A stretch of 64,000 bases of DNA from Rhynchobatus australiae (lineage: Eukaryota), in assembly GCA_034780895.1 (NCBI GenBank), contig JAUZTB010000064.1, positions 57,678,159-57,742,158 on the forward strand. The letters are read 5' to 3'. The notes below the pieces were generated by a model. That model had not been told where the DNA came from. It saw nothing but the letters and a program-made list of their open reading frames with translations, and did no database searches. Made by a program: the position numbers and the translations under genes. Of this stretch, positions 24,896 through 39,874 are shown one piece after another (within the stretch, counting starts at the first letter, position 1; each line of letters starts with the position of its first letter).

Positions 24896-27800
24896 GACCC
24901 CAGTAAGTTTAAAGGAACACAAAAAATAGTACCCTGTAAACCAGATACCAAACCATTAGGATTTCCAAACAACTAGGCAGCAGATTATCTGAGTTTTACT
25001 GTGTATTTTCACGGTGGTTTGGTCAGTGTTTTCTCTTACTGGTCTTGTTAAAAGACACACATCTTGTCAAGGCCATTTACAGAAAGGTATCCCCTAACTT
25101 TTGTTTTACACACATTTAGTAGTTGTGAAACATTTCAAATATTGGGATTGTGAGATTGCACAAATCAACTTTGTTTTGCAAGTTGTGTTTGGTATCGAGA
25201 TAGCAACTGTAGGCGAAGCAAGTGATCTTCTAAACATTGACCGAAGTAGTAAATACCACAAGTTGTGTATTTTGTACTGAACCTGGAATAGTGTAACTTT
25301 TAATTGCACAAGAATCTTACTTGTTTAAATTAAATTGTGAATTTTGCAGCTCCTTTGAACATTTCAGAAGGGAATAATACAGATTCATTGGAAATAGCAA
25401 GATAAAATTCCACAGTACTCTAACAATACAGATATCCTTAAATGAACATCCCAACTTGAGATTAAACCGGAAGATGTCCATTGATTTCAAGCCAAGTTGA
25501 TTTATCTTTAACATATATTGAAGGCACCACAGTAAATGAGTCTAAAAACACCAGTCAGAAAAACAAAGATAAAAAGAAGTGGTCATCATGTCTGGAGACA
25601 GTTATTTTCATCCTGGAACTCAAAACAAGAGGCACAATGTCCTGTCTTTTCCCCGGAGATTCAGCTGTTTTCTCTCTCTCCCCCCTCCCCTTCCTTACAT
25701 TCTTACAATAGTATCAGAACATTACCATTCAAAACAGCAGCAACTCCAGGTCCTTGCAATCAAGATGTAATTTATTCATGAAAGGTTTGCCAGTGAGTTC
25801 TCTCTCACTGGCGGCAACTGTTTCTGTACTTCTGATCATGTTTTTAAAAAGTGTTGCTGGCCTTGCTTTAGTGTGCAGTGCGTTAGAAAGGTCAGGTGTC
25901 ACTGAAGAAGCTGCCTCGTCATCAATCAGCCAAACTTGTTGCCTATGAGCACACTTACCGTTGCTATAATTCTGCCTTTGCACCATTGATGGTTCATTGA
26001 CTGGTACAGCACATGATATGATGCTGGCACTCAATGGTTCTGATCGACACCCGTTCTAGAAAGAGTTCTCCACCTCAATGCCTCAAAAGGACTCTTGAAA
26101 CTGGAGATTCTTCAGGTGGGAAATGAGGGGCATCAAATATGTATAGTGCACTCCCTCCTCTACCCCCATCACCACTGTAATATTCCAGTGTGCATGCGGG
26201 CCAAGCCTTGGCACAGCTAGGGTAGGAACTCAGTTAGCTGTTGGAGAGTTTATGAATGACACTGGTCCTGGAAAGAGTGGGGAGAGGAAAGCTGAGATGA
26301 GGAAGGATTAGATCTTTTGTTGATGAGGGGAGGAGGAATCATCAACTTGGGCGTTAGGTCAAGAGAGTAGAGGGGTGGGCAGAGAAGATTCAGGCTGGGA
26401 TCCAGTTCAGAAGGGGCCTAAAGGAGACCCCCTCCAGCAGGAAGCAGTTGTTGGAATGAGAAGTAAGTACAAAATTTGAGGATACCCACCTGTGGTAGCA
26501 TCCAGTAGTACAAACTCCACACCCAAGACCTGGTCAGGTTGGTCTCCTTTACATTGCAAGCCTCGCCTGTCTCTGAAAGCCTATTTCTGCATGGGTGACC
26601 CAATCTATTCAAATAAAAATTAATCTTTGGCAAATAATGTCAAAATGTATTCTGCATGCTGTTAGACACCACTGCGTGTGATCAATGGCTTTTGTGCAGA
26701 AGCATGTCAGACTCATGGGGAACAAGCCTGCCTTTCTTTGAGAGCCACACAGAAAGTGACTAGATTGGATGTTAGCTTTCTTTATGTAGTGCACAAATGT
26801 GGCACAAGGTAAAGAATTTCTAAGCCCCCATCTTCAGTTCCTAGCCTGTTTCGACTTAGCTCAGTAAGAGAGTACGGAATGTAATAACTGGTCTCTATGT
26901 ATTTGGGAGAAGAGAAACTTCAGGCAACGTTTTTAATCACTATTGCTCAGAAAACATATATTCAAGAATGGCTGAAAATGGTAGAAATGTTGCAGCAGTC
27001 ACATGTCTCCTAATGCTCCCCTTCAAGCTTCCTGTGAGTAGATGAAGGGAGGCATCTCACCCAAGATCACTCAGGTGTGTTAGCAGGGAACAGCTATTGG
27101 ACTAATATTAGACAGTGTCAGCAGGAGAGTAGGGGAAGATCTTACATAGAAACATAGAAAAACTACAGCACAATTCAGGCCCTTCGGCCCACAAAGCTGT
27201 GAGGGAAACGTACACAAATTAGGAACTAACCATCTTGCACATATTAGAATGAGGTTTGTGTTATACAAACTAGAGCAAAATAATGTATTCTGTCAATTGT
27301 AAGGAAATAAACCCACAGCCACAAAACTCAGTAGTTTTGTAGCATGGCCACTGATGGGATAGGACTGTTTTGAGATGCAGGCTGTGCTACATCATTTCAG
27401 TAGTCCTAGTAATATTTTGTGCTCAGAGAGTGTGAACTCAGAGCTCAGCCTTTAAGGAAGTTCATATGTTCAGTTACTCTCATTGATGGGGTGATCTACA
27501 GAGGTGAGAATGGGATGGGGCTTAATCCATCTTCTTCTACTTTATCATTGCACGGTGTTGTGGGGCAAATGTGGAGGAATGCATGTTGAGAGGTTGAAAG
27601 GTGTGAAAGTTGAAAGAAGGGAAAGGAAGGAAGTAAATGAGTGTCAGCCGCATGAAGTTCCAAGTTAATTCATGGCAATTGTGTTAAGTTTTAGCGTACC
27701 TCTGCTAAGGATCTGACAAACTTGGTGCCAAGGATATCCACAATTGAATAATTTCAATGGGTAGTCAGAATCAGAAAACCTTACAGCACAGAAGATAACC

Positions 27801-27929
27801 ATTTTTTTTTGCTGGAAAGCAGGATCATGTACAAAAGATGGTTGCTCAAATATTAAGTTCCGTTCAAAGCTCTTCTTCCGAGCAGTCTCTTGACATTGAG
27901 AATGACTTGCCTCCATTCCATTTCTGAGG

Positions 27930-28760
27930 GTCCAGGAGTGAGTGATGGAGCCAATGATTTGACGGGCCGGGTGAGTGACTTGAAATACGGTGCACTCTTT
28001 CCACTGTCTGTGAATGGCTTCAGCTTCAGCGTCCTGTGTAGAATCTCAAGCTGCTCAGTGCCTTCCTGCCTACTCCAGTTCCACTTTGAGTGGTCATGAG
28101 CCAGGGATTCCCATGAGCTGCTGGGTGTGCTCCATTTTCTCAAGGACACTGTGAAAAGATCCTGGGAAAACTTTCCCCACCCTCCAGGAATTCTCCCCAT
28201 CTTGGAGTTCAGAGGTAGTGCAGCTGTTTTAGGCATCTGTTGTCAGACGTTTGGACCACCAGAGCTGGTTGAATGTGATCAGAACTTTGATGTGCATGCA
28301 TGTTGGTCTGGGAGAAGACTTTACCATTGGACTTTGCGAATTCAGCACTGATGGTACTTATTCAGTACTGTGAGGTGACTACTATAGGTTCTTCATGCAG
28401 GGTAGACCATGAGCTTGGGGCCATATTTGAGCTCCTGGTCTTCAAACTCTTTTTTTCCTGAGGACTGCACAGGTGCAGGGTGGCTGAGGTGAATTTAATC
28501 ATCAACATATGCCCTAACTGAGAGGTAGCTCTTGAGGTGAAAGAATTACACACCCCAGATAAGGGGGACATGGTCAGAAATTGGCACCAGAATTACTTCT
28601 CCACTGTTTTAGCATTTCAGCAGGGTTTTTGCCCGCTCCAGAAGCCTTGTTGTTTTCCAGCTGTTGAATAGCCTTTGCAACCACTTGCTAGTGGATAGTC
28701 CCTATGGCTGAGGACGTCCCTGTGTCCCATACTCTGACAATGCTGTAACCTAGCAGGTGC
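27930..28760 (-). mobile_element. RTE-clade LINE remnant with internal deletions
   Basis: Minus strand VAKAIQQLENNKASGAGKNPAEMLK near 28610-28685 (RT start), and ORF 27853..28236 ...SWESLAHDHSKW...QEGTEQLE (C-terminus). Confidence 0.75.
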
Positions 28761-31700
28761 CATTACTTGGATGTGGGTGAATTGTGTGCGCAACATATTT
28801 GTTCAAACACTAAATTTTGTTCAAAGTCCTTAAATACTCAAGATTAGCCCATGCTCAATTAGCGCTGACAATGACAGGAAGCATTCCAAAATGCACATCA
28901 AGTCCAAACAGGCTTGTGGGATAAGCCAAGCATGATGCAATTCTGCTCAGGTACATGTGCGTTGACAGGGTTATGCTGCAAAAGAATTGATTGCCAGTAG
29001 ATTATGTTGGCAAAAGTGTTACAAGGTGATGGTAGACAAATGAAGAGTGAAGAATTGTAGATAACTCATGAATTTAGAAGCACAGTAACAAGTAGTTTAT
29101 CATCACTTTACTTAATGTTTTGTAGTAAATAGTGGAGAAAAATTGCAATGAATTTCAATCCTCTTCCACATCTTAAAATAACTGAGAAACAATTCTCCCC
29201 TCCAAATAAGTATGGATTGCACGGAAATGAATTCCGTTTCATGCAGATCATGAAGTGTGAGCGATATTTACCTGGTACTAACATGATTGGTTAGCTAAGT
29301 AAAGGCTTGTGGGGACAATATGCATTCATTTGCCAACCTGCTCCAATTTTCCAATAGGTCTTTAAATTGGACCTGCATTCACATCCATTACCAGCAAGAG
29401 ACTGTTCCTATGTCTCCTGTAGGGTTCCAAATCCAACTTTCATCCTGACATATGTGGAGTATAGAGAGCCCCACCTAACATCCTGACAGTAAGGTTCTCT
29501 GTCACCATAGCACCAGGAATTCATACTTCCCCAGGCCCCCAAAACATCTTCCAGCTGACGTGTTTCACCCCTACCTATCTTGCCTCGACTACTATTGCCA
29601 CCTTCTTCAGTCCCTAATAAACAGGGTCTACAACAACCAGCTCCTCAGATTCTCCACCAGGCCATATGAGATTTGTGTGTGAAACTGACGCAGTCCTTCC
29701 ACTTGCACCTTTCACCAGGCACTGCAAGCACACAGACTCAACTTGATTTCACTACTGACCTCAGACCCATCTTAAGACTCTCTCACAGAATTGGGTTTGT
29801 GCCCAATCATTTTATACATGCTGATTTCTCTTTCACATGAAGAGCAAATTAATAATAACAGGATTTGATGAAAATGGGACAACATTGCATTAATGGGACA
29901 CCAGTTTGTTTGGGGGAAAAAACTGAGAAACTTGTTGTGCTTATGGTGTTCACCTACAAGCAATGCAGTGAAACATTTAACTGGTCTACTTCAGTAAACT
30001 GCACATTTTCAAATAAACCATAATAGATTTGTCAAATGCTTTTTCACAAAGCTGGAATGGAGAGGCTCTAAAGGCCAGGTTCCCTGTAAATTTAGATGAA
30101 TACTTGTCCTTTATTGCTGAAAACAAATGTTGGCTTGTTTATTGAGAACTAATTCCCTTCCCCCACCCATCGTTCTTGACCCAAACATACTGCCTCCGTG
30201 TCAAAGTTTTATTGTGCTGACGTGATATAATCCTCTGAGACCCATACTTCGGCAAACATTATTTGCATACTTTCTCAAATCACGGGTGCAAGATGACTTG
30301 CTGTCACCACGAGTGTCCCCTGAGTATTATAATAGAAGCTGCACGATGGCTTTTGGTTGGTTAGCTCAGGTGGCAAGAGCTATCCAGTCTAACTGCAGGA
30401 AGCAGCCTCTGATCGATGTGGAAATTGCTGCCTTTCGTGGAACTAATTTTGCCTTGTGTTTCCAGAGTTAAATCAAAAATGAATTTTTTTGCACATGCAC
30501 AAAGATAAAAATAAATAGAAAGGCTTATGATTTGCTTGTTCTGCTTTCCAACTGGCTGTCGCCCCATGCCAAATCCCAGTATGTACTTTGATTTTTACCA
30601 GGACTTAACCTGTTTGCAAATGCTTCAAGTGCTTGACCACGAATAACATCAGTTGGGAAATCGATGCATGGAAAGATACCTGGTTTCAGGGGACTCAGGT
30701 CTGAAAACTTATCTTACTTTTGGTTTGAGAATGTTGTTCAATGCCTAAAATTTCATAAAATGGCATGGCTGTGATAATGAACATATGTTTATCACTAAGA
30801 AGGTCACAGCCTTAGGCTATAGTCCTTTCTTCATTCAGAACAAGGGCTGCTTCTGCATGCCTGTTACCTGATTTTTCACAGTGATAGAGGGAGTTCAGAG
30901 GCACACAATCCCTCTTGCTCTTTTTCAACTATTGAGATTAGGGGTGTTTGTAGTGGGACTGAGGGATAATAGAAGGGGAACATTTCTGCCACCCCCCCCC
31001 CCTCACCCTCCCACCCCAACCAATAATAATTAATTACAAGGGGTTGATGGGTTTATGATGGGTTTAATTAGATGGGTTTAGCATGCTTTCCCAATACTGG
31101 TCAAATTTAAAGTAATTTCACACCCTTGGGTGCAAGGCAGTTCCCCCAGAAATATTTTGTTAATTTTCAGCTAGTACAGACCATTTAAGAGCACATTTGC
31201 ACATCTAGGGACTATTAGCTAATGGAAAGGACTATTTATCTTCTCACTGCAACCTAAATTAATAAAAGTTCTGATTCATTTTACTTAAATTTGCAGTCAT
31301 GTATTTTAAGAAACAGATTTTGGAAAAAAGACAGAGATTTTAGGCTTTAATAACTTTACAACATTGTGGCATTCATGGTACATTGGACCTCGAGAAACAT
31401 ATTTTAAAACTTATGTTGATCTGGAGAAGTTTTCCACCGATATCTATTTAAAGAGATTGTTGTTTAATACCATATATTTAAAGCATCAAATCTTTACCAC
31501 TGAAAGTCATGTCTGTCTAAAATCCCATTTTTTTAAAAACTGCAGCAAAACCTAATGTCACAAAGCTTTTGTTTCTTAGAAGAATTAACCCCCAAAAAGT
31601 TGTGAAATTGTCCCTGTAAAGGCAAGCGCTTACGCACTGCACTCATGTAAACATACATTATAAATATTAATTAAAATGCCATAGTGTCCTAAAGGTGCCT

Positions 31701-33469
31701 GAGCTTTGTGAGTGTTTATTTTTCATGGAACAAAGTTGAAGGCAGCAGATTTGAAAGGCTGATTAAAGCAAGCCCTTGCTGTGACCCCTGCAGGCCAGAG
31801 CAACCGTAAACCAGCTGTGACCACTGCTCTGTGCAGCTGACAATTTGGGCTCTCTTTATCAGTTTTCAGATGGATCTCGAACACAGAGTCCCTAAAGGAA
31901 TCTATCCCACAGAAGCCTCGTTAAACTGAGCCTGTTGTGAATCCGATGTCATCTGCTGCTGCTTTAGGCGCATAAATGCTATGTGCAGGGAGGACAGCCA
32001 TGGCATCTGTGTAATGTCTGTGGCCCTGATGTGCCATGGAGAAGATTTCTATTTAGAGAAAACTGAAAAACAAATCTGAATTCAAATGACGGTACAGTGC
32101 AATAGCTGACATTGCAGTAAAAAATTTCAGCTGGCTTCAAATTGGGAAGTGGGTTTTAAACTGAATAGGAGCACTCAAATCAATCATCATCCCTGAACTG
32201 CAACATACACATGTATCAGATTATTTTTTTTATACATGTCCCTGAAGGAATGCATTCTCTTTTGTCTTCTATCCAGCAAGCCAATCATCGTGCATCAACC
32301 TAGTTTCTGTGGTTATTTAACAGTGAAAGTCAGCGCTATTAAGTCTGATTCCCTCCTCATTCAGACTATTTTTTCCATCTTTGTACTCCTGGCAGGAACC
32401 TAGAGCGTTTTCCCCCAGATCACTTAGTGCACTCCCACCATTTTCCAACCATTAATTTGGATGGTTGGAAATTCACATGGAGCGCACTATGATTTGAATT
32501 TTTTCTCACTGCAGGTGGGACTCCCCATTGTGCGGACAAAGTTGTAAATTTACATTTAATGGTCACACATGCAAACTTTCAAACATGACCCGCGGATATC
32601 ATTCAGAAGTAGAAATTACGACTGACTTTTGTCCTCTCCCTAGGCCAGACACACTGAGCCCAACTGTAAATGCCGTGTCACTTGTCTGGATAAGATCAGA
32701 ACAGCTCACGGTCTGATTTGAGATCTCAGACAATTTTATAGCTGTATTGAAACAAAAGGCACCTGCTGTGTTTGAATCAGGAGGCAGTAGCATATACACC
32801 AGAGCTCCCCACATTTACGCTGTTGAATTCCAATAGCAAAGATCATTAAAAAAAAGGTCTGGAATTCTATCATCCAGCCAAGGGGGATGAATTTAGCAGC
32901 TGTAATGCTGAGAACCAATCTACATCGCTGGTCTTCCCGTGATGCAGGAAGACGTCAATGCAGAACCACTCGTAAAAGAGTTACTGCAAAAACACTAAGG
33001 AGATCCAATTCAATTTGAATAAGCATCACCTAGATTGTACCTAATTGGCAGAGTAAAGGGAGCAGACAATCTATGAAAATTGATTGTTCAGCCTTTGGTG
33101 GTCACTTTACTTTCAGGTGTGTGACATTAGCTGCCCTGGGACAGTGCCTCTTCAGTTTAAACATTGAAACTTACTAATATCAATCCATATCACGGCAGGC
33201 ATGAGATCAAGTTCCAAGGAACGGATATCTGCTCATTATGTTTGCAACTGATACCGAGGATTAATAAGTAATTTTGGGAGGGGAAATAAAGTCGAAGACA
33301 AGTTGCTAGCCCAGAAGATGTAGGATTGTTCCACAGTCAGTGAGGGATTTGTAAATTCTATTGCATAGTCCGAGCTTTTTATTTGTTACTCAATGGAACT
33401 TCGTGAAAATTCTAGCTACTGTATGGTGCTGTTATCATTCCTTGCATATGATCCACTTGTGCACAGAAG

Positions 33470-33593
33470 TGTCTGGATGTGCCTGCTGCCATTCCATAGC
33501 AGGATGCCCCCAGAACACTCCACACAAAAGATGCACTTCACTGTGTGTTTTGATGTACACGTGACTAATAACAATATCTTATCTTATCTTATC
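33470..33593 (+). mobile_element. 3' tail of the Rex-tailed SINE family, ending in (TCTTA)3
   Basis: Reverse-complement match to 11915-11995 (CCCCAGAACACTC...CACAAAAGATGCA...TTTTGATGTACA.GTGACTAATAA). Confidence 0.7.
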
Positions 33594-36500
33594 AATGCAC
33601 ATTTGGATGTTATTTACTTAAAATCTTTCTTCATGGGTGACACGTGGCAGTCCTGCAGAAGCAAGTTTTCACAAAGCTCCAGGGTCAATTACTGAGAACC
33701 CGGCTGATCAGGTCAGGGGACATGGAATTTGATACTTGGACCTTCATGGAGATATGATCCCTTAACTTGCCTCTTGCATAGCACCTCACATCTCCCTCAC
33801 TAATGATTTCCTTCATATCTCATTATCGTATTTCATTTCTCACAATCCTTATTCCTGAGTTATCTGGACTTCATATCTGCCCAGCATAATTCAAGTGTTT
33901 CATGATATGGTTTGCAACTAATTATAGGCTTAGAGTTGGGCAAAAACCTAGGTAATTCAAAGCCTGTCACTTTCTTACTTCATCCCTACACTTCCTCCTC
34001 ACAGAACCCAATACCCCCTGCCCCAAAACCAGATGACCAGATATCACTGTTCTTGGAAACATGGGGTCTTCGCTTAGATTCCTACTGGCTGCAAATGTAA
34101 CTGGGATCCTGGATAAGGAGATTATCTGCTAATGCTTGATATGGGTCTTGATGTCAGAGTATATTTAAAGAGAGAGATATCCAGCATCAGCATTGTAAGG
34201 AGTGGATAAGCTACTCTTGTATTAACAATTTAAGAAAAGGTTGTACATTTGATTATTCATTTTATTTATTTTATACATTTGCAGTCTCCATGCTTGAATT
34301 GCTGGTTATAATTATGGAAATTTACATTCTGTTAATAATTAGGAGTCAAATCCTGACATGGCCTCCACATCAGTGATCTGTTGATACATGTTGTCAAACC
34401 ATGCCCTCTGCCAGCCTGCTCCTTGGTTCTCAGTCCTTCAGATTCCCCATCATTGGCCACCGCTTTAACCAGTGTGGACTCCACTGTCTGGAACCCACCT
34501 CCATCTTGCTATCTCCACCCACGTACTAAGGCATCCTTCAGATTCTTTTCTTTCATCGCGGTGTCACACCCTCCCACCTCACTTTTTTCCCTTGCCTCTT
34601 CCTACTCAATATCTGCATTTTGTTTACTGCCTCTGGGAAACCTCTCTACATTCCAGGAGATTTGAACAAGCCTTTTACACCATATGCCAGACCTTTCAGC
34701 TTGAAACAGTCATTGTCATAATTATCCTCTTAAGTTGTCAATCTTTCTGAGAACTATTGACAAAAGAGAAGTAAGTGACTGAGTGGTTTGATAAACTGGC
34801 CTCTATGTTCATCCAACATTATATCATAACATCAAAACACATGAAACATTTGCAAGCTGATGAAGTATATGGAATTTCAACTAGGAAGTGAGACTTGCCC
34901 GGATCAGAATGATACCAATGCAATGTTTTACCAGGCAAATTAAACTAGCAGCATGTTGTAAACCCCTTTAGTTACTGAACAAACAAAATCTAACCATTTT
35001 AGCTAAAATTTGCATTATGTCTAGGCTACAGAAGTCAAATGGACAAAAATAAATTACACCAAACCACCTGCATTAAGGCAAATTGTTATCATTGGTCTGG
35101 TAACATATCCACAGGGGGATTATTTGAAATCAGTGTTTGAGCCCAAAGTGGTTTTCACAATGGCAATGCACTCCAGAAATCAGTGATCCTTCCATAAACA
35201 GGCCTTCAGCCTCATCTGAAACATTTCAGCAAATGGTAGTTCAGCTTTATCAAACAGTTCAGCATTTTCTTCTCCACAAATTAGTGTTGGCTGTAACAAA
35301 GACAACAAGAAGTACTTACATATATAAAGGGCCTTTCATGATTGTAAAATGCTCTACGGTTGATGGAAGTGTATGTCAAAGTGTATTCATAACAGTGACA
35401 GCAAGCTCCCATAAACAGCGTCACAGTAATGACACCTTTCTTAGGTGTTGGTTGAAGGATGAATATCAGCCAGTACACCAGATAAATTGCCCCAACACCT
35501 CTTCAAAATAACAACATGAGGTCTTTTACATCCATCTGTGTATCTTATCCTCTCAAGGTATCTGGGAATCACTGGCATCATTCATTATTTAATGCTCATC
35601 CCTAAATGCCCTTGGGAAGATGATGATGAGCTGCCATTTAGAAGCTCTGCAATTGAGTGGCTTGCTAGGATATCTAAGTGGGCAGTGAAGAAGTTGTGGG
35701 TGTGAATTCATGTGTAAGCCAGTTAGGGTAAAGGACANNNNNNNNNNNNNGCTTGTTATTAGCAATCCAGTGGTTTCATGGTATGCATTGCTTGATGCTA
35801 AATTATTAATTCCAGGTTATCTAATTAATTGAATGTAAATTCGCCAGCTGCCAAGTTGTGATTTGTTCACATCTCTCTAAACTTCCAGTCCAGCCCTCTG
35901 GATTACTGGACTAATATTTTCACCCCTATATTACTGTTTCCCATTTGAGCAACAACCAGCCACTGTGGGGAAATTTTAATAAATGATCAAGTCTGAAAAA
36001 TACAGTGTTATTTAATCCATTTTATCACAAAGAGTAAATGCTCCAAATTGTCGATATTGGAACTGGTATAATGCTGATACAAGCAGCTGATGCATGCCTC
36101 CCTGATGCCTTTGCTGTGAAAAATGAAAGGCCAATTTTTATGTCGGTCTGGTAATTCAATACTGTGCAGTTACTGAACTAAATATGGACTGCTCTGAGTG
36201 TAAATGTATTGATATTAAGTTCTGTCTAGTCACTCTGAATGTTATGCCTGAAAGGGGTCAAAGTACTAAGTTTATATTTGGCCCATAACACTTTTTGAAT
36301 TATCAGATGAAAATCATTTAATTAACATTTGTGTGCTTAATTGCATGATTCAGAATAGAGGTAAAATTACAGAATTAATCTTAAATAATAAAATAAAATT
36401 GTAAATTTCAAAAACTATAACTTCTATTGAAGTAGTGTTTTATACCTGTACTTTGAGATTTGATCATACAGATAGGAGGAACCTGTACTTTTATAATGGG

Positions 36501-39500
36501 CTAGATATCTGAAATATCCTGAAGCGTTACACCAATGAATTAGTCTTAAGTGCAGCTGCAGTTCCTAAGTTAGCAAATCAATCCAGAGAATTAATGTTAC
36601 TTTCCCAATACTTGTCGAAGTAACATTGGATAAGTTTTGATTGGCATCACTTGATAGTTACTATTGAGAGCTTCTCTGTCCACAGGAAGTACTGCACAAA
36701 ACTAAGTCAAATGTTTTGGCATCATAACAATGTACAGATACCAATAGAGTTAGGACAATGACGGTCCTGAGGATAGCTCCTTTGCAAGTTATAGTAATAG
36801 GACTTTGTAATTATGTCTAATACTGAANNNNNNNNNNNNNNNNNNNNNNNNNNNNNNNNNNNNNNNNNNNNNNNNNNNNNNNNNNNNNNNNNNNNNNNNN
36901 NNNNNNNNNNNNNNNNNNNNNNNNNNNTAATACTGAAAAAAAATTTTAATAGCCTGAAGCAACTGTTTTCTGGAATAGATTTCTGTTTTCTTTGTGAAAT
37001 CTACAGCAAAGCCAATACTTATTCCCCCTCATTTTTTTTATTTTAAATTTTATTCATAAAAGATATATACAAGAAATACGAAAGAGTGCATGACTTTTGT
37101 TTACATTCACTGTGTTGTTCCTCATTAATTGACCTTGAACAATAGATTGCTAGTCACTTTCAGAGGGTAAACTAGGAGCCAACAACATTACTGAGGGGTC
37201 TGTAGTCCCATTTAGATTGAAGCAAATAAGGAGATAGAGACTGCAAATGCTGGAATCTGGAGCAAAAAAAAACAAGCTGCTGGAGGAACTCAGTAACATA
37301 ACCATGATGCTCCCATGCCCCAAAACAGCATAAGATATAAGAGCAGGTGTAATCCATTCAATCCCTCAGGCTCCTCCTGCTATCAATAAGGTGATGGTTG
37401 ATACTATAATTCATGCCCATTTTCTTCTCTGATCCCTTGTTCCAATTCCATTACTATCCAAAATCCATCAGTCTCAGCCCTGATTATACACAATTATGGA
37501 GTGTCCACAACTCTACAAGATAGGAAATGTCAAAGTTTCAATAATACCATTTATCCTCATCTCAATTCTAAATAATCAACCCCAGATCAGACCAACTCCA
37601 GTCAAAGGAAATAACTGCCTTGTCTCTTAATATCTGCTTTGTCAATTGGTCTCAGACTCTTAAATGTTATGTTGAAATAACCACTCATTTGTTTATTCTT
37701 TGAGTTATAATAGGTCTTATCTTATTCAATCTCTCCTCAAAAGTAACTTCCCATTCCAGGAATCAATTTAGTGAATCTTTATTGCATCATCTCCAAAACT
37801 GAGTAATGCCATGCATAATCCAATTTCTAATAAAAACAAAATGTGAATTCTACCAGTGCACCTGATGTGTAACTGTAGAATGACCAGGAGAATGTACAGT
37901 GGCTTTCAGTTACATGTAATACACATTCAGAAACTGTCTCCTGGATTTTTATTCACAATGCAATGGCCTGAACCGTCTACAGCCCATTTCCAATATGCTT
38001 GTGAAGCCAGTTTTTGCATAAATTATACGGGTCCTCCCTGAGCAGATCCAATCACAGTGCTAGTTATTTTTATAGGTCCCCCTTTAAATTGCTTACTTAC
38101 CATCTTTTCTTCAGGTCCTCCCCATCACCTTCTCATGGGATTGACCTGCATCCTCACAAGCTTGCAACCCTCACCAACCTGATTTACCTCCCCTTCTCCT
38201 GCAGCACCATGCACCAACATCCACTGGCTTCCAGGCCCAAGTTCCTAACCATCGATCATATTGCTGCACCTGCAACTCCTAAAGGACCTAAACTGGCCTA
38301 AATTCTGTGCTTCATGTCGAAGCTCACCCAGATCCCAGCCCCACACATATCAACACTTACCTTTTCTCACCATTTAATAATATGCTGCTTTCCTATCCTC
38401 ACCAAAATGAATAACATCACATTCCTTCACATTTGCCAGCTCTGACCCACTAACCTAACCACCTATTTCCCTTTGCAAGTTCTTTCCACCCACCCCACTG
38501 GTCCCACCAAACAGAGTATCACCAACATTCTTTTTATTTATTAGGCGTAGATGTTGTTGGCAAGGTTAGCACATACTGCCCGTCCCCAATTGTTCTTGAG
38601 GAGTAAGTTGAAAAGCCACCTTCTACAGTTGCTGCATGGATACATTACACTCTGTCCTTTTATCTCAGTCTAAGGTCAAGAAGAGAATGGATAATCTGTC
38701 AGGGTTTGACATTGACCCATGACAGAAAGCAAGGGTGGAGGAGGAACAATCTACCAATTATTCACTTGTTCCGTAAACATTCACTAATCTGGTCAGGTTT
38801 TCTTGGTTGAACAGGCTAACTTCTATGTATGATAGACAATCAACCGCATATCGAAACATTGTTAATAGAAGAGAGTATACAGGAAATGTATGTGTAACTA
38901 CTTTAGGCAGGAGTAGTAAAAGAGAGGTTTAATGTTTCATTCCCTATCTATGCCTCCTAATCTCCCTCTGGTACACCGGGTGTGACTTCAAAAAAACACA
39001 ATCCAATAGTTCCATCCTTACCTTCCAGCTCTTAACCCTCTCCTGTACAAAAGACATAGTGTACTTAGTTCTCCTATGCTGTTGCTTATGTGTCCTGAGA
39101 CATCTTGAGTACAAAATTGCTGTTTGCCATTGTGGTCTAACTGAAGCCTAAATGGATCCGTTCATTATGAACTGAAATTTGTTGTACACAAATCAGCTGC
39201 CAGATTTGTCCACACAACAGACTGCTTCAAGAAATATGTCTCATTGGTCTTGAAGTACTTTGCGACATCCTGGACAGGACTCCAAATGCCCATAAAAAAG
39301 GATTGTTGTAATGTTAAATGAACCACATGGAAACTAAAACTGTAGATGTAACAGGTCTTATTCAGCACAAGCAGTTATACAGGGGAGACCTGGTGGGAGA
39401 ATCTCTTGGTAGAATCTGAAGGGAAAATCTCCCTGAACTCAAAGTACATCAAATGTTTATATTCTTTAAGCACAAAGATAACAACAGAGATTAGATATAA

Positions 39501-39874
39501 TTTCAACAGTTACCATTTTCTTCAATATTTTTGGTTTAGACAAATGATTCCAAAGAATTATATATTGACAATAGAGCACACCTCAGCTGGCAAGACAGCT
39601 CTGAATATTCAAACACCTTTGTTGGGACAAAATAGTTCATATGGATGGTCTAAAATATTGAGGAGAGAAACCCAGATATCCAAAATATCCAACTGCCCAC
39701 CTTCACTGAGCTAATCACATTCTACTGATAGTCTTTACAGTTCTGGATTGAGTCCTTTATGTCACTTGCTATGACATATAGCTTGTTGCAATTCTTTTAA
39801 TCTATTTCAACAGCAATGTGTGGAGATCTGGGTTTGTTGAAATCTGGGTTTTTCTTCTCTGCTTCCTTCCATTG

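Larger units (their letters stand above)
23783..25001. mobile_element. pogo/Tigger-like (Tc1/mariner superfamily) non-autonomous element, interrupted by a Penelope insertion
   Basis: Left TA|CAGTAAAACACCAATAATCCGGC; right end reverse complement CAGTAAAACTCAGATAATCTGC. Right flank is TG rather than TA. Confidence 0.65.
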
